From: a virus
Taxonomy: Duplodnaviria > Heunggongvirae > Uroviricota > Caudoviricetes
Length of the DNA stretch: 64,000 nucleotides
Reading direction: 5' to 3' (one strand)
Virus record (IMG/VR): IMGVR_UViG_3300043418_000226
The notes below the pieces were generated by a model. The model saw nothing but the letters and a program-made list of their open reading frames with translations. It was not told the origin of the DNA and searched no databases. Each line of letters starts with the position of its first letter. The stretch's first letter is position 1. The position numbers were made by a program, and so were the translations under genes. This document shows positions 40,903-49,453 of this stretch, in pieces.

Positions 40903-41861
40903 TGGAAAATTTTAGACCAAATATTGAAGATGAAATTGATGAAATACAAAGAACCTCACAAGATTTAAGTAGAGACGAGGGTATTAATGTGTCAGTATCG
41001 GATATTGTGGAAGCCTTTAACGAATCGGAAGAAGAAACGTTAAAACATTCGATTTGGTCCAAATTAGAAAATACCGAATCAAATAAAATAAAAAAAGGAG
41101 ATATTGAGGCGGTTAATAAAATAGCCGAAATGTATCATAAAACTAATCCTAAAATTTTAGTTAGGTCAATAAAAAGTGGGGATTATGATAGACCTTTAAT
41201 ATTAAATTTAAATAATAGATATATTTTAGTTGCCGGTAATACAAGATTATGTACATCGGCGGCACTTGGAGTGTTACCTAAAGTTTTTATTGGTAAAATT
41301 GTTAATATGACAAAGAAAGATTTAGAAGAAATGGTTATGAAAAATAACACATCATGTTGTAAAGGTAAGGAAACTGAAACCACTGAGCAAACCACAGCTG
41401 GGGATGCAGGCTCATTTGAGGGACCAGTATTCAGTGACGTTATTAAAAGACCAATTTCAAAAATACATAACTCAACGATTAAGGAAGAAGAAGAGGTAGA
41501 TGAAGCAACTGACGCAAGTTCGTCGGGTTCATTCGATGTACCTTTATTTGGTAAAACCACAAAAGGAGGTCGTAGAGACCCGTTAAAAATTGATGGTCCG
41601 AGTAGTATATCACAAAGTAGAGCGGTTAAAGATAAAAAATTCCCAAAATGGGGAGGACCAAAAGGTGTTTACATTAAAGTAAAAGAAAAATGTAAAAAAT
41701 TCCCATATTGTAATCAAGGAGATATAAATGCAATTGAATTACTTGAAATAGAGGGTTTAAAAGAAACAATTATCGAATCATCTAAAAAATATGGTATACC
41801 ATATAAAGAAATCGAAAAAATTGTATTAAATGATATAAAAGAGATATTTATTGAGATATGA
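40902..41861 (+). CDS. ParB/Srx-like domain fused to an acidic, possibly processed region
   Basis: PLIL...YILVAGNTRL is ParB-like; duplicated E.T.A...GSF..P motif; CKKFPYC. Confidence 0.55.
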   Translation: MENFRPNIEDEIDEIQRTSQDLSRDEGINVSVSDIVEAFNESEEETLKHSIWSKLENTESNKIKKGDIEAVNKIAEMYHKTNPKILVRSIKSGDYDRPLILNLNNRYILVAGNTRLCTSAALGVLPKVFIGKIVNMTKKDLEEMVMKNNTSCCKGKETETTEQTTAGDAGSFEGPVFSDVIKRPISKIHNSTIKEEEEVDEATDASSSGSFDVPLFGKTTKGGRRDPLKIDGPSSISQSRAVKDKKFPKWGGPKGVYIKVKEKCKKFPYCNQGDINAIELLEIEGLKETIIESSKKYGIPYKEIEKIVLNDIKEIFIEI

Positions 41862-43171
41862 AAGTAAGTGAATTAAACACAATTATTGAAAATACCCTTT
41901 TTAACGAGATTAAGAAGGCAATTCTTAATGAATCTGAAATGGATACTAACGAAACTTACCATGTAACCTGTGAAGGTGAACCGGTAGTGACATGTAAAAC
42001 TGAAGAGGAGGCACAGGAACATGTTGATTTATTAAAAAAAGACCACCCAGGTAAACAATTTATCATTGAAAAAGTAAAATACGAATCACACAATGATATG
42101 TTAGATAAATTGGATGAAATGGGAGAACAATTAGAAGAAAAAGAAAATACAAATATGGAAAATACAAACCCTAAATTTAAATCTCTTGCTGAAGCACTTC
42201 TTCATGCAAAAAATAATGGACATAAAAAGGTTAAGATAAACGGAGAACGTTACGACGTTGACGAATGTTGGAACCAAATGGAAGAAGAAGAACTTTCAGG
42301 TAATCAAGATAAAATCGATGCTAACCATGATGGTAAAATTACCGCAAAAGATTTCGATATTCTTCGTGGTGAGAAAGAACAAAATGAAGAGGAAGAATGT
42401 CAAGAATGTGGTAGTCAAATGGAAGAAGATTTTGATTTCGGTGCGGATGTTAGAAACCTTAAAGTTTCCCCAAACAAAGAAGCCGAAGTTTCCGAAGAAA
42501 AAGAGACATGTCAAGAATGTGGTGGTACCATGAGTGAAGGTAATTGTGATGAATGTGGTAAAAAACTACAGGAATCTAAAAAAAGAACTGTACGTATGAA
42601 TAAACAAGAGTTAGCCGATTACGTTTCTAAATTAGTTAGTGAATCAGTTCCGGGTTTAGATATTACAAAAAGAGCTAACATTGAAAGCGGGAAAGAGAAT
42701 AAAGAAAATTTAAATAATATTGATAAGAAAATAAAAGATTATTTATCTTTTGATGGTAATAGTAATCCTGAGTTCCCTGAACAAAACAACAAAGGTGAAA
42801 AGGCGGTTGTTAATAACACGGACGAAGAAGATATCTTCGTTGCTGACAATAGAGGAAGAGGTTTAGAGAATTTAGAATATGACCATGAACCATCTAAAGC
42901 TTTCAAAGATAGATTAAAATTAGCCATTAACGGTGATGCGAGTATGGGTAACAGTCAAGAGTGGGCTAACGTTGTTCCAACAGAAAACGGTAAAAAACTT
43001 GAGAAAGAGATTGAAAGAAAATCAATAGAAAAGAAAGAAGAACCACGTTATAAAAAAGAACCACAACCAATTAAAGAAGTTAACGAATCTAAAATTAACT
43101 TAGGTAGTGTGGTAAATGAAGAAATCGAAAAGATGAGAAAATTAACATCATACGATAAGAAAACTCAATAA
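41858..43171 (+). CDS. Acidic head-interior/scaffold-like protein with EF-hand loop and CxxC motifs
   Basis: DANHDGKITAKDF EF-hand-like loop; CQECG twice and CDECG; many [ILV]xE sites; TATTTAT 6 nt upstream. Confidence 0.55.
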   Translation: MKVSELNTIIENTLFNEIKKAILNESEMDTNETYHVTCEGEPVVTCKTEEEAQEHVDLLKKDHPGKQFIIEKVKYESHNDMLDKLDEMGEQLEEKENTNMENTNPKFKSLAEALLHAKNNGHKKVKINGERYDVDECWNQMEEEELSGNQDKIDANHDGKITAKDFDILRGEKEQNEEEECQECGSQMEEDFDFGADVRNLKVSPNKEAEVSEEKETCQECGGTMSEGNCDECGKKLQESKKRTVRMNKQELADYVSKLVSESVPGLDITKRANIESGKENKENLNNIDKKIKDYLSFDGNSNPEFPEQNNKGEKAVVNNTDEEDIFVADNRGRGLENLEYDHEPSKAFKDRLKLAINGDASMGNSQEWANVVPTENGKKLEKEIERKSIEKKEEPRYKKEPQPIKEVNESKINLGSVVNEEIEKMRKLTSYDKKTQ

Positions 43172-43221
43172 TATCTTTTTTTTAATTCTTTTTATTCTTA
43201 TATTCTTAATAATAAACGGAT

Positions 43222-43677
43222 ATGGAAAATAAAGAAGGTAGTTTAGAGTTTGTTTCATTAGAAAATTACAAACAACAAATCGATATTTGGTATCGAGCAT
43301 ATAATATAAGTCGTGAAAGAATTGAACTTTTTCACGACTTTCTTGCTTCATTATATGAACTAGTTGACCAAACCTACTTAGGTCCCGAACTATTCGATAT
43401 TGAAGAAAATCAAAAAAATCATTTTACTTGGTGTTGGGATAAAACAATCGACAATTTCTCAAAAGAAAAAATCCACTTTAAAGAGAGAGGTAATCACTAT
43501 GAATACCTTTGGAACTTCTTTCTCGAGGCATATTATTATAATCAATTAGATGGTGTTAAAGTAAGAATTCAAGAGTACTTTATAATACTGTTCGATTTCA
43601 ATTACCGTAAAACAAGATCTGAACTTGATATGTTAACTGAAATATATAAAATATTCGAACAAAACTTGAAAAAGTAA
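43222..43677 (+). CDS. Hypothetical protein
   Basis: 151-aa aromatic-rich helical ORF with a promoter-like region upstream. Confidence 0.65.
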   Translation: MENKEGSLEFVSLENYKQQIDIWYRAYNISRERIELFHDFLASLYELVDQTYLGPELFDIEENQKNHFTWCWDKTIDNFSKEKIHFKERGNHYEYLWNFFLEAYYYNQLDGVKVRIQEYFIILFDFNYRKTRSELDMLTEIYKIFEQNLKK

Positions 43678-43714
43678 AAAAAAATCCCTATATTGATATT
43701 AAAAACTGAATATT

Positions 43715-43894
43715 ATGGAAACCTTACAACAAATAAAGGACCTAGTAGAAAAGATGTCGGTAGACACTCAAAAAGTGTACGTGAAAGGAAATCATAGTGC
43801 ATCTATCAGAGCTAGGAAATATGCACAAGAAATAAAACAACTAATTGCATCATATCGCAAAGAGATATTAACAGAAATTAAAAAACATGATTGA
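43715..43894 (+). CDS. Histone H1-like Hc1-family small protein (not in ORF track)
   Basis: METLQQIKDLVEKMSVDTQKVYVKGNHSASIRARKYAQEIKQLIASYRKEILTEIKKHD; the KGN.SA..RARK...E......RK pattern is that of Hc1/Bacteroidota histone H1. Confidence 0.75.
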   Translation: METLQQIKDLVEKMSVDTQKVYVKGNHSASIRARKYAQEIKQLIASYRKEILTEIKKHD

Positions 43895-44066
43895 GCAAAT
43901 TAAATTATATCTTTTTATTTTGAGTATTGTTTACTCATTAAGGTTTATTGTTGAATTTTCATTAAAGTTTTTTCAAGAATCACCGGAACCAATAAAGATT
44001 GATAACATAAATCGAGTGTTCCTATACCTAACAATATCCTACATCATAACCTATTTTTTAATTTAA
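43887..44066 (+). CDS. Small two-TM membrane protein (not in ORF track)
   Basis: MIEQIKLYLFILSIVYSLRFIVEF...RVFLYLTISYIITYFLI, 59 aa; fills the gap in the operon. Confidence 0.6.
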   Translation: MIEQIKLYLFILSIVYSLRFIVEFSLKFFQESPEPIKIDNINRVFLYLTISYIITYFLI

Positions 44067-44072
44067 AATTAC

Positions 44073-44546
44073 ATGTTTGAAAATATACGAGCACTAAGAC
44101 CACACTTCCATTCATTGAGGGAAATTGAAGGTAATATAAGTCTTGACATTAAACTTCCACTAAGTTGGAGATACGAAGATATTGTTAAACCGTATCGTTC
44201 ATTAAAAATGAAAGTACAAGATAAAAACGAGAAGTATACTTTACTATCGTTAGTTGCTAACGGTACACAGGAGGGATATGACGTTTCATTTGCATGTGCA
44301 TTGGAAATCATTACCATCAACAAGGAAGAAGAAGAAAAACAAAAACTTTTCCAATTAAAAGTTAAAGAATTACAAGAATTATTCAAGAAAGAATCTTTGA
44401 ATAAATTAAAAGACATAAATCTACTGGAAGACTATGGACAAGAGATTACAGCAAGCGATGGAACTCCTGAAGAAGGAAATGGAGAAGGACCAATCGGAGA
44501 TTCAGAATCAGAAACTGAAGATGATAGAGGAACTGAAGAAGATTGA
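44073..44546 (+). CDS. Hypothetical protein with coiled coil and acidic tail
   Basis: 157-aa ORF; its tail overlaps the next gene by 113 nt. Confidence 0.65.
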   Translation: MFENIRALRPHFHSLREIEGNISLDIKLPLSWRYEDIVKPYRSLKMKVQDKNEKYTLLSLVANGTQEGYDVSFACALEIITINKEEEEKQKLFQLKVKELQELFKKESLNKLKDINLLEDYGQEITASDGTPEEGNGEGPIGDSESETEDDRGTEED

Positions 44547-44637
44547 TAAAAATGAAATGTTTAAAACAAAAGAAAAAGTTAAGGTATCTATAGTAGATAA
44601 AATATTAACAATATTAGGATATGGAAAAAAAAGGTGA
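44434..44637 (+). CDS. Small coiled-coil hypothetical protein
   Basis: 67 aa; bridges to the 44621 ORF. Confidence 0.55.
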   Translation: MDKRLQQAMELLKKEMEKDQSEIQNQKLKMIEELKKIDKNEMFKTKEKVKVSIVDKILTILGYGKKR

Positions 44638-44854
44638 ATTATTAAATCAAATCGCAATCATATCTGATTTATTAGAAAAAATAAATGCCGATACCAAATC
44701 AACGACCATTGTCATCGAGTTATCGAAACTTGAATTTGAAAGGGTATTTGAAACCATTCAAAAAAAATATGGTAGGAGAATGGAAAAACCAACAAATAGT
44801 TTTTCTATCACAATGGGTCTGGTAGATGTTATTTTTAATACGAGTAGTGTCTAA
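44621..44854 (+). CDS. Small hypothetical protein
   Basis: 77 aa; converges on and overlaps the minus-strand gene. Confidence 0.55.
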   Translation: MEKKGELLNQIAIISDLLEKINADTKSTTIVIELSKLEFERVFETIQKKYGRRMEKPTNSFSITMGLVDVIFNTSSV

Positions 44855-45479
44855 CCAATTCGGTTCTTTTAAATCCTCTCGCCTCTAACATATCATACAA
44901 TACGTGCCTTTGTTGGGTGGACACGTCCTTTATGTAAATAAAGTTACCCCTTTTTCTGTCCAACAAGTCACCTCTTACAATTTCTAATAGTCTTTGAGCG
45001 TCTGACAAATTCTTATTACCAAAAACCATAATATTATCCTCAACTTGGACAAATAATTTGTTATTTAAGGTGAAAATTTGGGCAATTTCTTTTATTTTAA
45101 GAATGTGTTCCATCATTTCATGATAACGTATTCTTTTTTTAGTGTTAAAATCATATATTAACTCTTCTTGCCAATACGGAATAATTTCCTTAATCCTAAA
45201 TTTATCACCTTCAATCTTAGCCTGTTGATTTCTACCTAAACTATCTTTAACATAAACCACCGAATCCTTATTCCATCTGGTTATTGGAAATATTAACGAT
45301 AATTCAAAAACCAATTCTTGTTTTCTTTTACCCCCCTGTAATTTGACAAACGGAGGTTTTTTTTGGGTTTTAAATTCGCGCCAATATTCATATACAGTAG
45401 TTCTCTGCATACATTTGTACAATACCTTTGTTCTTTTCTTATTACAAAAAAGAACTATAAAATATTTTCCACCTTTCAT
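44835..45479 (-). CDS. Hypothetical basic protein
   Basis: 214-aa ORF with no competing + strand ORF; the only substantial minus-strand gene in the window. Confidence 0.75.
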   Translation of the reverse strand: MKGGKYFIVLFCNKKRTKVLYKCMQRTTVYEYWREFKTQKKPPFVKLQGGKRKQELVFELSLIFPITRWNKDSVVYVKDSLGRNQQAKIEGDKFRIKEIIPYWQEELIYDFNTKKRIRYHEMMEHILKIKEIAQIFTLNNKLFVQVEDNIMVFGNKNLSDAQRLLEIVRGDLLDRKRGNFIYIKDVSTQQRHVLYDMLEARGFKRTELVRHYSY

Positions 45480-45631
45480 ATAAATTTACTTATGAGAGTA
45501 TAAAGTCCATATGCCCCAAGGACAAACCAAACCCCAATCACCCAAATAACAATTTTTTGTGTTGTTTGAACGGTATCAACTAAATCTTCTTTGATTCCGT
45601 TATTTTTCTGTTTACAAGTTTTACATGCCAT
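45476..45631 (-). CDS. Small CxxC plus TM protein (not in ORF track)
   Basis: MACKTCKQKNNGIKEDLVDTVQTTQKIVIWVIGVWFVLGAYGLYTLISKFI; ATGA overlap with the 44835-45479 gene. Confidence 0.6.
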   Translation of the reverse strand: MACKTCKQKNNGIKEDLVDTVQTTQKIVIWVIGVWFVLGAYGLYTLISKFI

Positions 45632-45706
45632 ATTAAAATATATACTATTAATTTGTTTTTGTCAAATTTTTAAGTTATATTTCTTAAAGAACATAAAAAC
45701 GAACAT

Positions 45707-46549
45707 ATGATTAGTTACATTGGCGGTAAAGCACGTATTGGTAAATGGATAGTTCCATTTATCCCAAATGACATCGAAACTTACGTAGAGGGATTCTCTG
45801 GTATGTTTTGGGTATTCTTTAACATGGACTTAGAAAAGTTCCCAAACCTTAAAACAGTAGTATACAACGACTACAACAGATTAAACGCTAATTTAATGAA
45901 ATGGGCAAAACAATACGATATACTTCATGATGAGTTATCAAAATACCCATGTCAACAATTAAATGTTGTGGATACCCCACCCGAATATTCAGTAATGTTT
46001 AAGGAATATCAAAAAGAAGTTTTTAATCCCGATTTGGTAATTACCGAAGAAAATAGTTTAGACGTTGCGGCGAAGTATGTCTATGTGTTAACTCAAGTTT
46101 TTTCAGGTTCTAAACCAGAAACCGCAGCGTACACCGATTATAAAGGAAAGTATCGTTGTAAAGTTCTTATCTTTATGGATAAATTAAAAAATCCAAAATA
46201 TAGAGAACATTTTGATAAATTAACTTTTGTTGAAAACATGGATTTTGCTGACGTAGTTAAAAAATATGATTCACCAAAAACATATTTCTATATGGACCCA
46301 CCATATTGGAAAACTGAGAATTATTACTCAAATCATGATTTTGATGTTAATGACCATACAAGATTAGCTGATTGTATTAAAAACATCGAAGGTAAATTTA
46401 GTTTATCTTATTATGATTTTCCTAAATTATCTGAATGGTTTCCAAAAGATGAATACAAATGGGAACAGAAAGATTTTGCAAAGGCCGCGGCCGCGAGAAA
46501 AGATGGTAAACAGAACTTGGGTACCGAACTTCTAATTATGAACTATTAA
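45707..46549 (+). CDS. DNA adenine methyltransferase, Dam/D12 family (orphan)
   Basis: SYIGGK, YVEGFSG, VYND, catalytic DPPY, ELLIMNY. Confidence 0.9.
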   Translation: MISYIGGKARIGKWIVPFIPNDIETYVEGFSGMFWVFFNMDLEKFPNLKTVVYNDYNRLNANLMKWAKQYDILHDELSKYPCQQLNVVDTPPEYSVMFKEYQKEVFNPDLVITEENSLDVAAKYVYVLTQVFSGSKPETAAYTDYKGKYRCKVLIFMDKLKNPKYREHFDKLTFVENMDFADVVKKYDSPKTYFYMDPPYWKTENYYSNHDFDVNDHTRLADCIKNIEGKFSLSYYDFPKLSEWFPKDEYKWEQKDFAKAAAARKDGKQNLGTELLIMNY

Positions 46550-46559
46550 TAAAAGTACA

Positions 46560-46895
46560 ATGAATTTTATTCCCGAAGTTTTAATTTATATTCAAACTGT
46601 TAAGACCTATTTCAAAAATAGCGAGGATGCTCGAGAATATTTTATTGGAAATTCAAGTGAAGAAGTTTTCTTCCAACATCTTGGTGAAATATCACAAAAA
46701 AATTTTGAAACGAAAGGTGAAGTGATGCTCGACAAAGAACAATTCGAATTATTAAGAAGAACCATCGCAGTCATTACCATTGTACAACAAGAGTTTGTCG
46801 ATGAAGATGAAATAACAAAAGAAGACAAATCATATAATCCGGAGGAGAATATATTCATCGATATGCGAGGTTATGGAAAAATTTGCCTTAACTAA
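46560..46895 (+). CDS. Hypothetical protein
   Basis: 111-aa ORF within the operon. Confidence 0.6.
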   Translation: MNFIPEVLIYIQTVKTYFKNSEDAREYFIGNSSEEVFFQHLGEISQKNFETKGEVMLDKEQFELLRRTIAVITIVQQEFVDEDEITKEDKSYNPEENIFIDMRGYGKICLN

Positions 46896-46931
46896 CTTTA
46901 TTATATTAACAAATTAATCTATTATTACAAA

Positions 46932-47999
46932 ATGGAGACAAAATTACCAAAAGTATACCCAATGTACGATACCGTTTACGGTAATGAAGTACCCACAGAA
47001 CAATATTTTGTTGTATTGTTTGATGAACTACCATCTAAGTTCTCAACCGCATTAAATTACCACCCAACCATAATTGATTATTTTAAATCAAATGGATTTG
47101 TTGAGGAAGTTAACATATACCAATCGAATAGACGATTGGATATGTCATCACAATTAATGTTGGTTAATAAAGAAAAACAAATAATTGTTAGAACCAGTGG
47201 GAACGTCATTAAAGATAAAGACAATTTATTACATATTGATTTTACATATAACGTATTAAATGGTGAATTAAGTTCACAAATTGATTTAGAAAAAATCAAA
47301 GAGTTTGAAAGAACTAAGAAAAAATCAAACATTAATTTAGTTAAACTTGAACATGGTCATATGGACACCGAAGAATTTGATTTGTATATTCCTGAAATGG
47401 ATTTACTTTTAAATTATGGTGAAACATTTTTTAAAATTCATGAAACCATCGTAAAGAGATTAAATTCACCAAGTGATAAAGGAATTATTCTACTCCACGG
47501 TGACCCGGGTACAGGTAAAACATCCTACATCAAATATCTCACGAGTTTAATCCAAGACAAAGATATTTTATTTGTTCCACCATCTATGGCGGAAATGTTA
47601 TCCGAACCTTCAATTATTCCATTTTTAATGGAACATAAAAATTCAATTCTCATCATCGAAGATGCTGAGAGAGTTATTTCAGATAGAGAAGGTAATGGGT
47701 CATCTGCGGGTGTTTCAAATATTCTTAACATAACTGACGGAATTTTGGGAGATTGTTTAGGAATTCAAGTTATTGCGACTTTCAACATGAAAAGAGAAAA
47801 AATTGACCAAGCACTTCTTCGTAAAGGAAGGTTAATTGCCGAACATAAATTTGAAAAATTAAATGTTGACGAAACAAATAAATTATTAAAACATTTAGAA
47901 AAAAATCAAGAAGTTAATGAAGGAATGCCATTAGCAGATATCTATAATATAGATGTTGAATTAATCAAAACACCAAATAAAAGTAAATTAGGATTTTAA
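46932..47999 (+). CDS. AAA+ ATPase
   Basis: Walker A GDPGTGKT, Walker B LIIEDAE, SRH IDQALLRKGRL. Confidence 0.9.
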   Translation: METKLPKVYPMYDTVYGNEVPTEQYFVVLFDELPSKFSTALNYHPTIIDYFKSNGFVEEVNIYQSNRRLDMSSQLMLVNKEKQIIVRTSGNVIKDKDNLLHIDFTYNVLNGELSSQIDLEKIKEFERTKKKSNINLVKLEHGHMDTEEFDLYIPEMDLLLNYGETFFKIHETIVKRLNSPSDKGIILLHGDPGTGKTSYIKYLTSLIQDKDILFVPPSMAEMLSEPSIIPFLMEHKNSILIIEDAERVISDREGNGSSAGVSNILNITDGILGDCLGIQVIATFNMKREKIDQALLRKGRLIAEHKFEKLNVDETNKLLKHLEKNQEVNEGMPLADIYNIDVELIKTPNKSKLGF

Positions 48000-48014
48000 T
48001 AAAAAACAAAAAAT

Positions 48015-48320
48015 ATGGAAAACGTAACAGCAGAAAGAGTAAAAGAACTACAATTAGAAGGAAAAAAATTATTAGTGGACTTTTGGGCCCCTTGGTGTGG
48101 ACCTTGTAAAACATTAATACCAAGATTAGAGAGTTTTGAGGGTGATTACCCAAATGTGTCTTTTCTAAAGGTTAATGTTGATGAAAATAGTGACTATGCT
48201 GTTGAATTGGGTGTACGTGCAGTACCTACGGTAATTATTTTTGACGGTGAAACTGTTGTGAACCGAACGTCAGGTGTAAACGCCGATAATTTCTATAAAG
48301 AAATTCTCTCAAACATCTAA
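48015..48320 (+). CDS. trxA: Thioredoxin
   Basis: VDFWAPWCGPCK, cis-Pro AVPT. Confidence 0.93.
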   Translation: MENVTAERVKELQLEGKKLLVDFWAPWCGPCKTLIPRLESFEGDYPNVSFLKVNVDENSDYAVELGVRAVPTVIIFDGETVVNRTSGVNADNFYKEILSNI

Positions 48321-48324
48321 ACCA

Positions 48325-48597
48325 ATGTCGAATAAAATAATTATTTTTACATTAAACGGATGTGGACACTGTGTACAGTTGAAAGAAAGTTTAACAAAGG
48401 ATAACATCGAATTCACTGAGGTTGAAATAAACTCAAATAAGAAAGTTTGGGACCAAGTTGTATCACAAACAGGTCATAATTCACTACCGACTGTCTTTAT
48501 TAGTCTAAAAGATAGGGACGATGGACCTGTTTTTGTTCCTGGAAGGGACTATAAAGACAAAGATGAAATTATTAATATCATCAAAACTTACATATAA
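48325..48597 (+). CDS. Glutaredoxin/NrdH-like redoxin
   Basis: FTLNGCGHC, SLPTVFI. Confidence 0.85.
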   Translation: MSNKIIIFTLNGCGHCVQLKESLTKDNIEFTEVEINSNKKVWDQVVSQTGHNSLPTVFISLKDRDDGPVFVPGRDYKDKDEIINIIKTYI

Positions 48598-48600
48598 TTT

Positions 48601-48630
48601 AAAAAAGGGATAATTTTAATCCCTTTTTTT
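48601..48630. terminator. Bidirectional-looking intrinsic terminator
   Basis: AAAAAAGGGAT-aatttta-ATCCCTTTTTTT between the redoxin operon and the fibre genes. Confidence 0.8.
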
Positions 48631-48679
48631 ATGCCAAGAAGTATAATAAAAGTATTTATGTAAAAGACTTTACTTTTAC

Positions 48680-49411
48680 ATGGCATTACAAAGAATAAAT
48701 TGGTTACAAATTGACACAGAAGTAATCCCTTCAGGGTCAATTATTAATTTAGGTTCCGAATCAGGTTCTCTGAATTCAATCTATGCCAATAGTTTATACA
48801 TATCAGGACAAACCTTAAACGATGCGATAGAAATTACCGGTTCTAACTTAACAGTAAAAGGTAACTTAACTGTTAAGGGGACAACAACGTCAGTTGAGTC
48901 TAACACAATTGACATTGGTACTAATTTAGTTGAATTAAACGGTCATGGGGAAATATACGCAGGTATATCGGTAAGAGACTCCACAAATCCAAATTTAATT
49001 TCGGGTTCATTACTATGGGATGGAATTAATAATAATTGGATTGCGGGTGCATCTGAACACGAGGAACCAATTGTGTTATTATCACAATTATTACAATTAT
49101 CAAGTTCCATCAGTCAATTAGTTAACGATACCAATATATGGAAACAAATTGGGTCACACTATTATTCAAATAACGATTTAGAATTAACGGGGTCATTAAC
49201 AATAAAAGGAGACTTAATTGTTGAAGGAGGAACCACAATGGTACAAACATCAGATACTAAAGACACTTTAACGGTATCTGGAGCGATGTCGTTAGTTAAT
49301 AATGCCATTAATAATCATTCAGTTTCATCATCCTTATATATCCAAAATTTAGGGTCATTATCAGGAGGAAATGGTAATTCGGTGATAGATTGTGGTGATG
49401 GGTTTTTCTAA
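48680..49411 (+). CDS. Short tail-fibre-like protein (paralogue of the next two genes)
   Basis: LTVKGNLTVKGTTTS...IG.N...LNG...AGI.VRDST.PN..SGSLLWD module also present in 52220; ends VIDCGDGFF. Confidence 0.65.
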   Translation: MALQRINWLQIDTEVIPSGSIINLGSESGSLNSIYANSLYISGQTLNDAIEITGSNLTVKGNLTVKGTTTSVESNTIDIGTNLVELNGHGEIYAGISVRDSTNPNLISGSLLWDGINNNWIAGASEHEEPIVLLSQLLQLSSSISQLVNDTNIWKQIGSHYYSNNDLELTGSLTIKGDLIVEGGTTMVQTSDTKDTLTVSGAMSLVNNAINNHSVSSSLYIQNLGSLSGGNGNSVIDCGDGFF

Positions 49412-49453
49412 TAAAAAATAAACTATTTATATAAAAACAAATAAAAACAAAAA

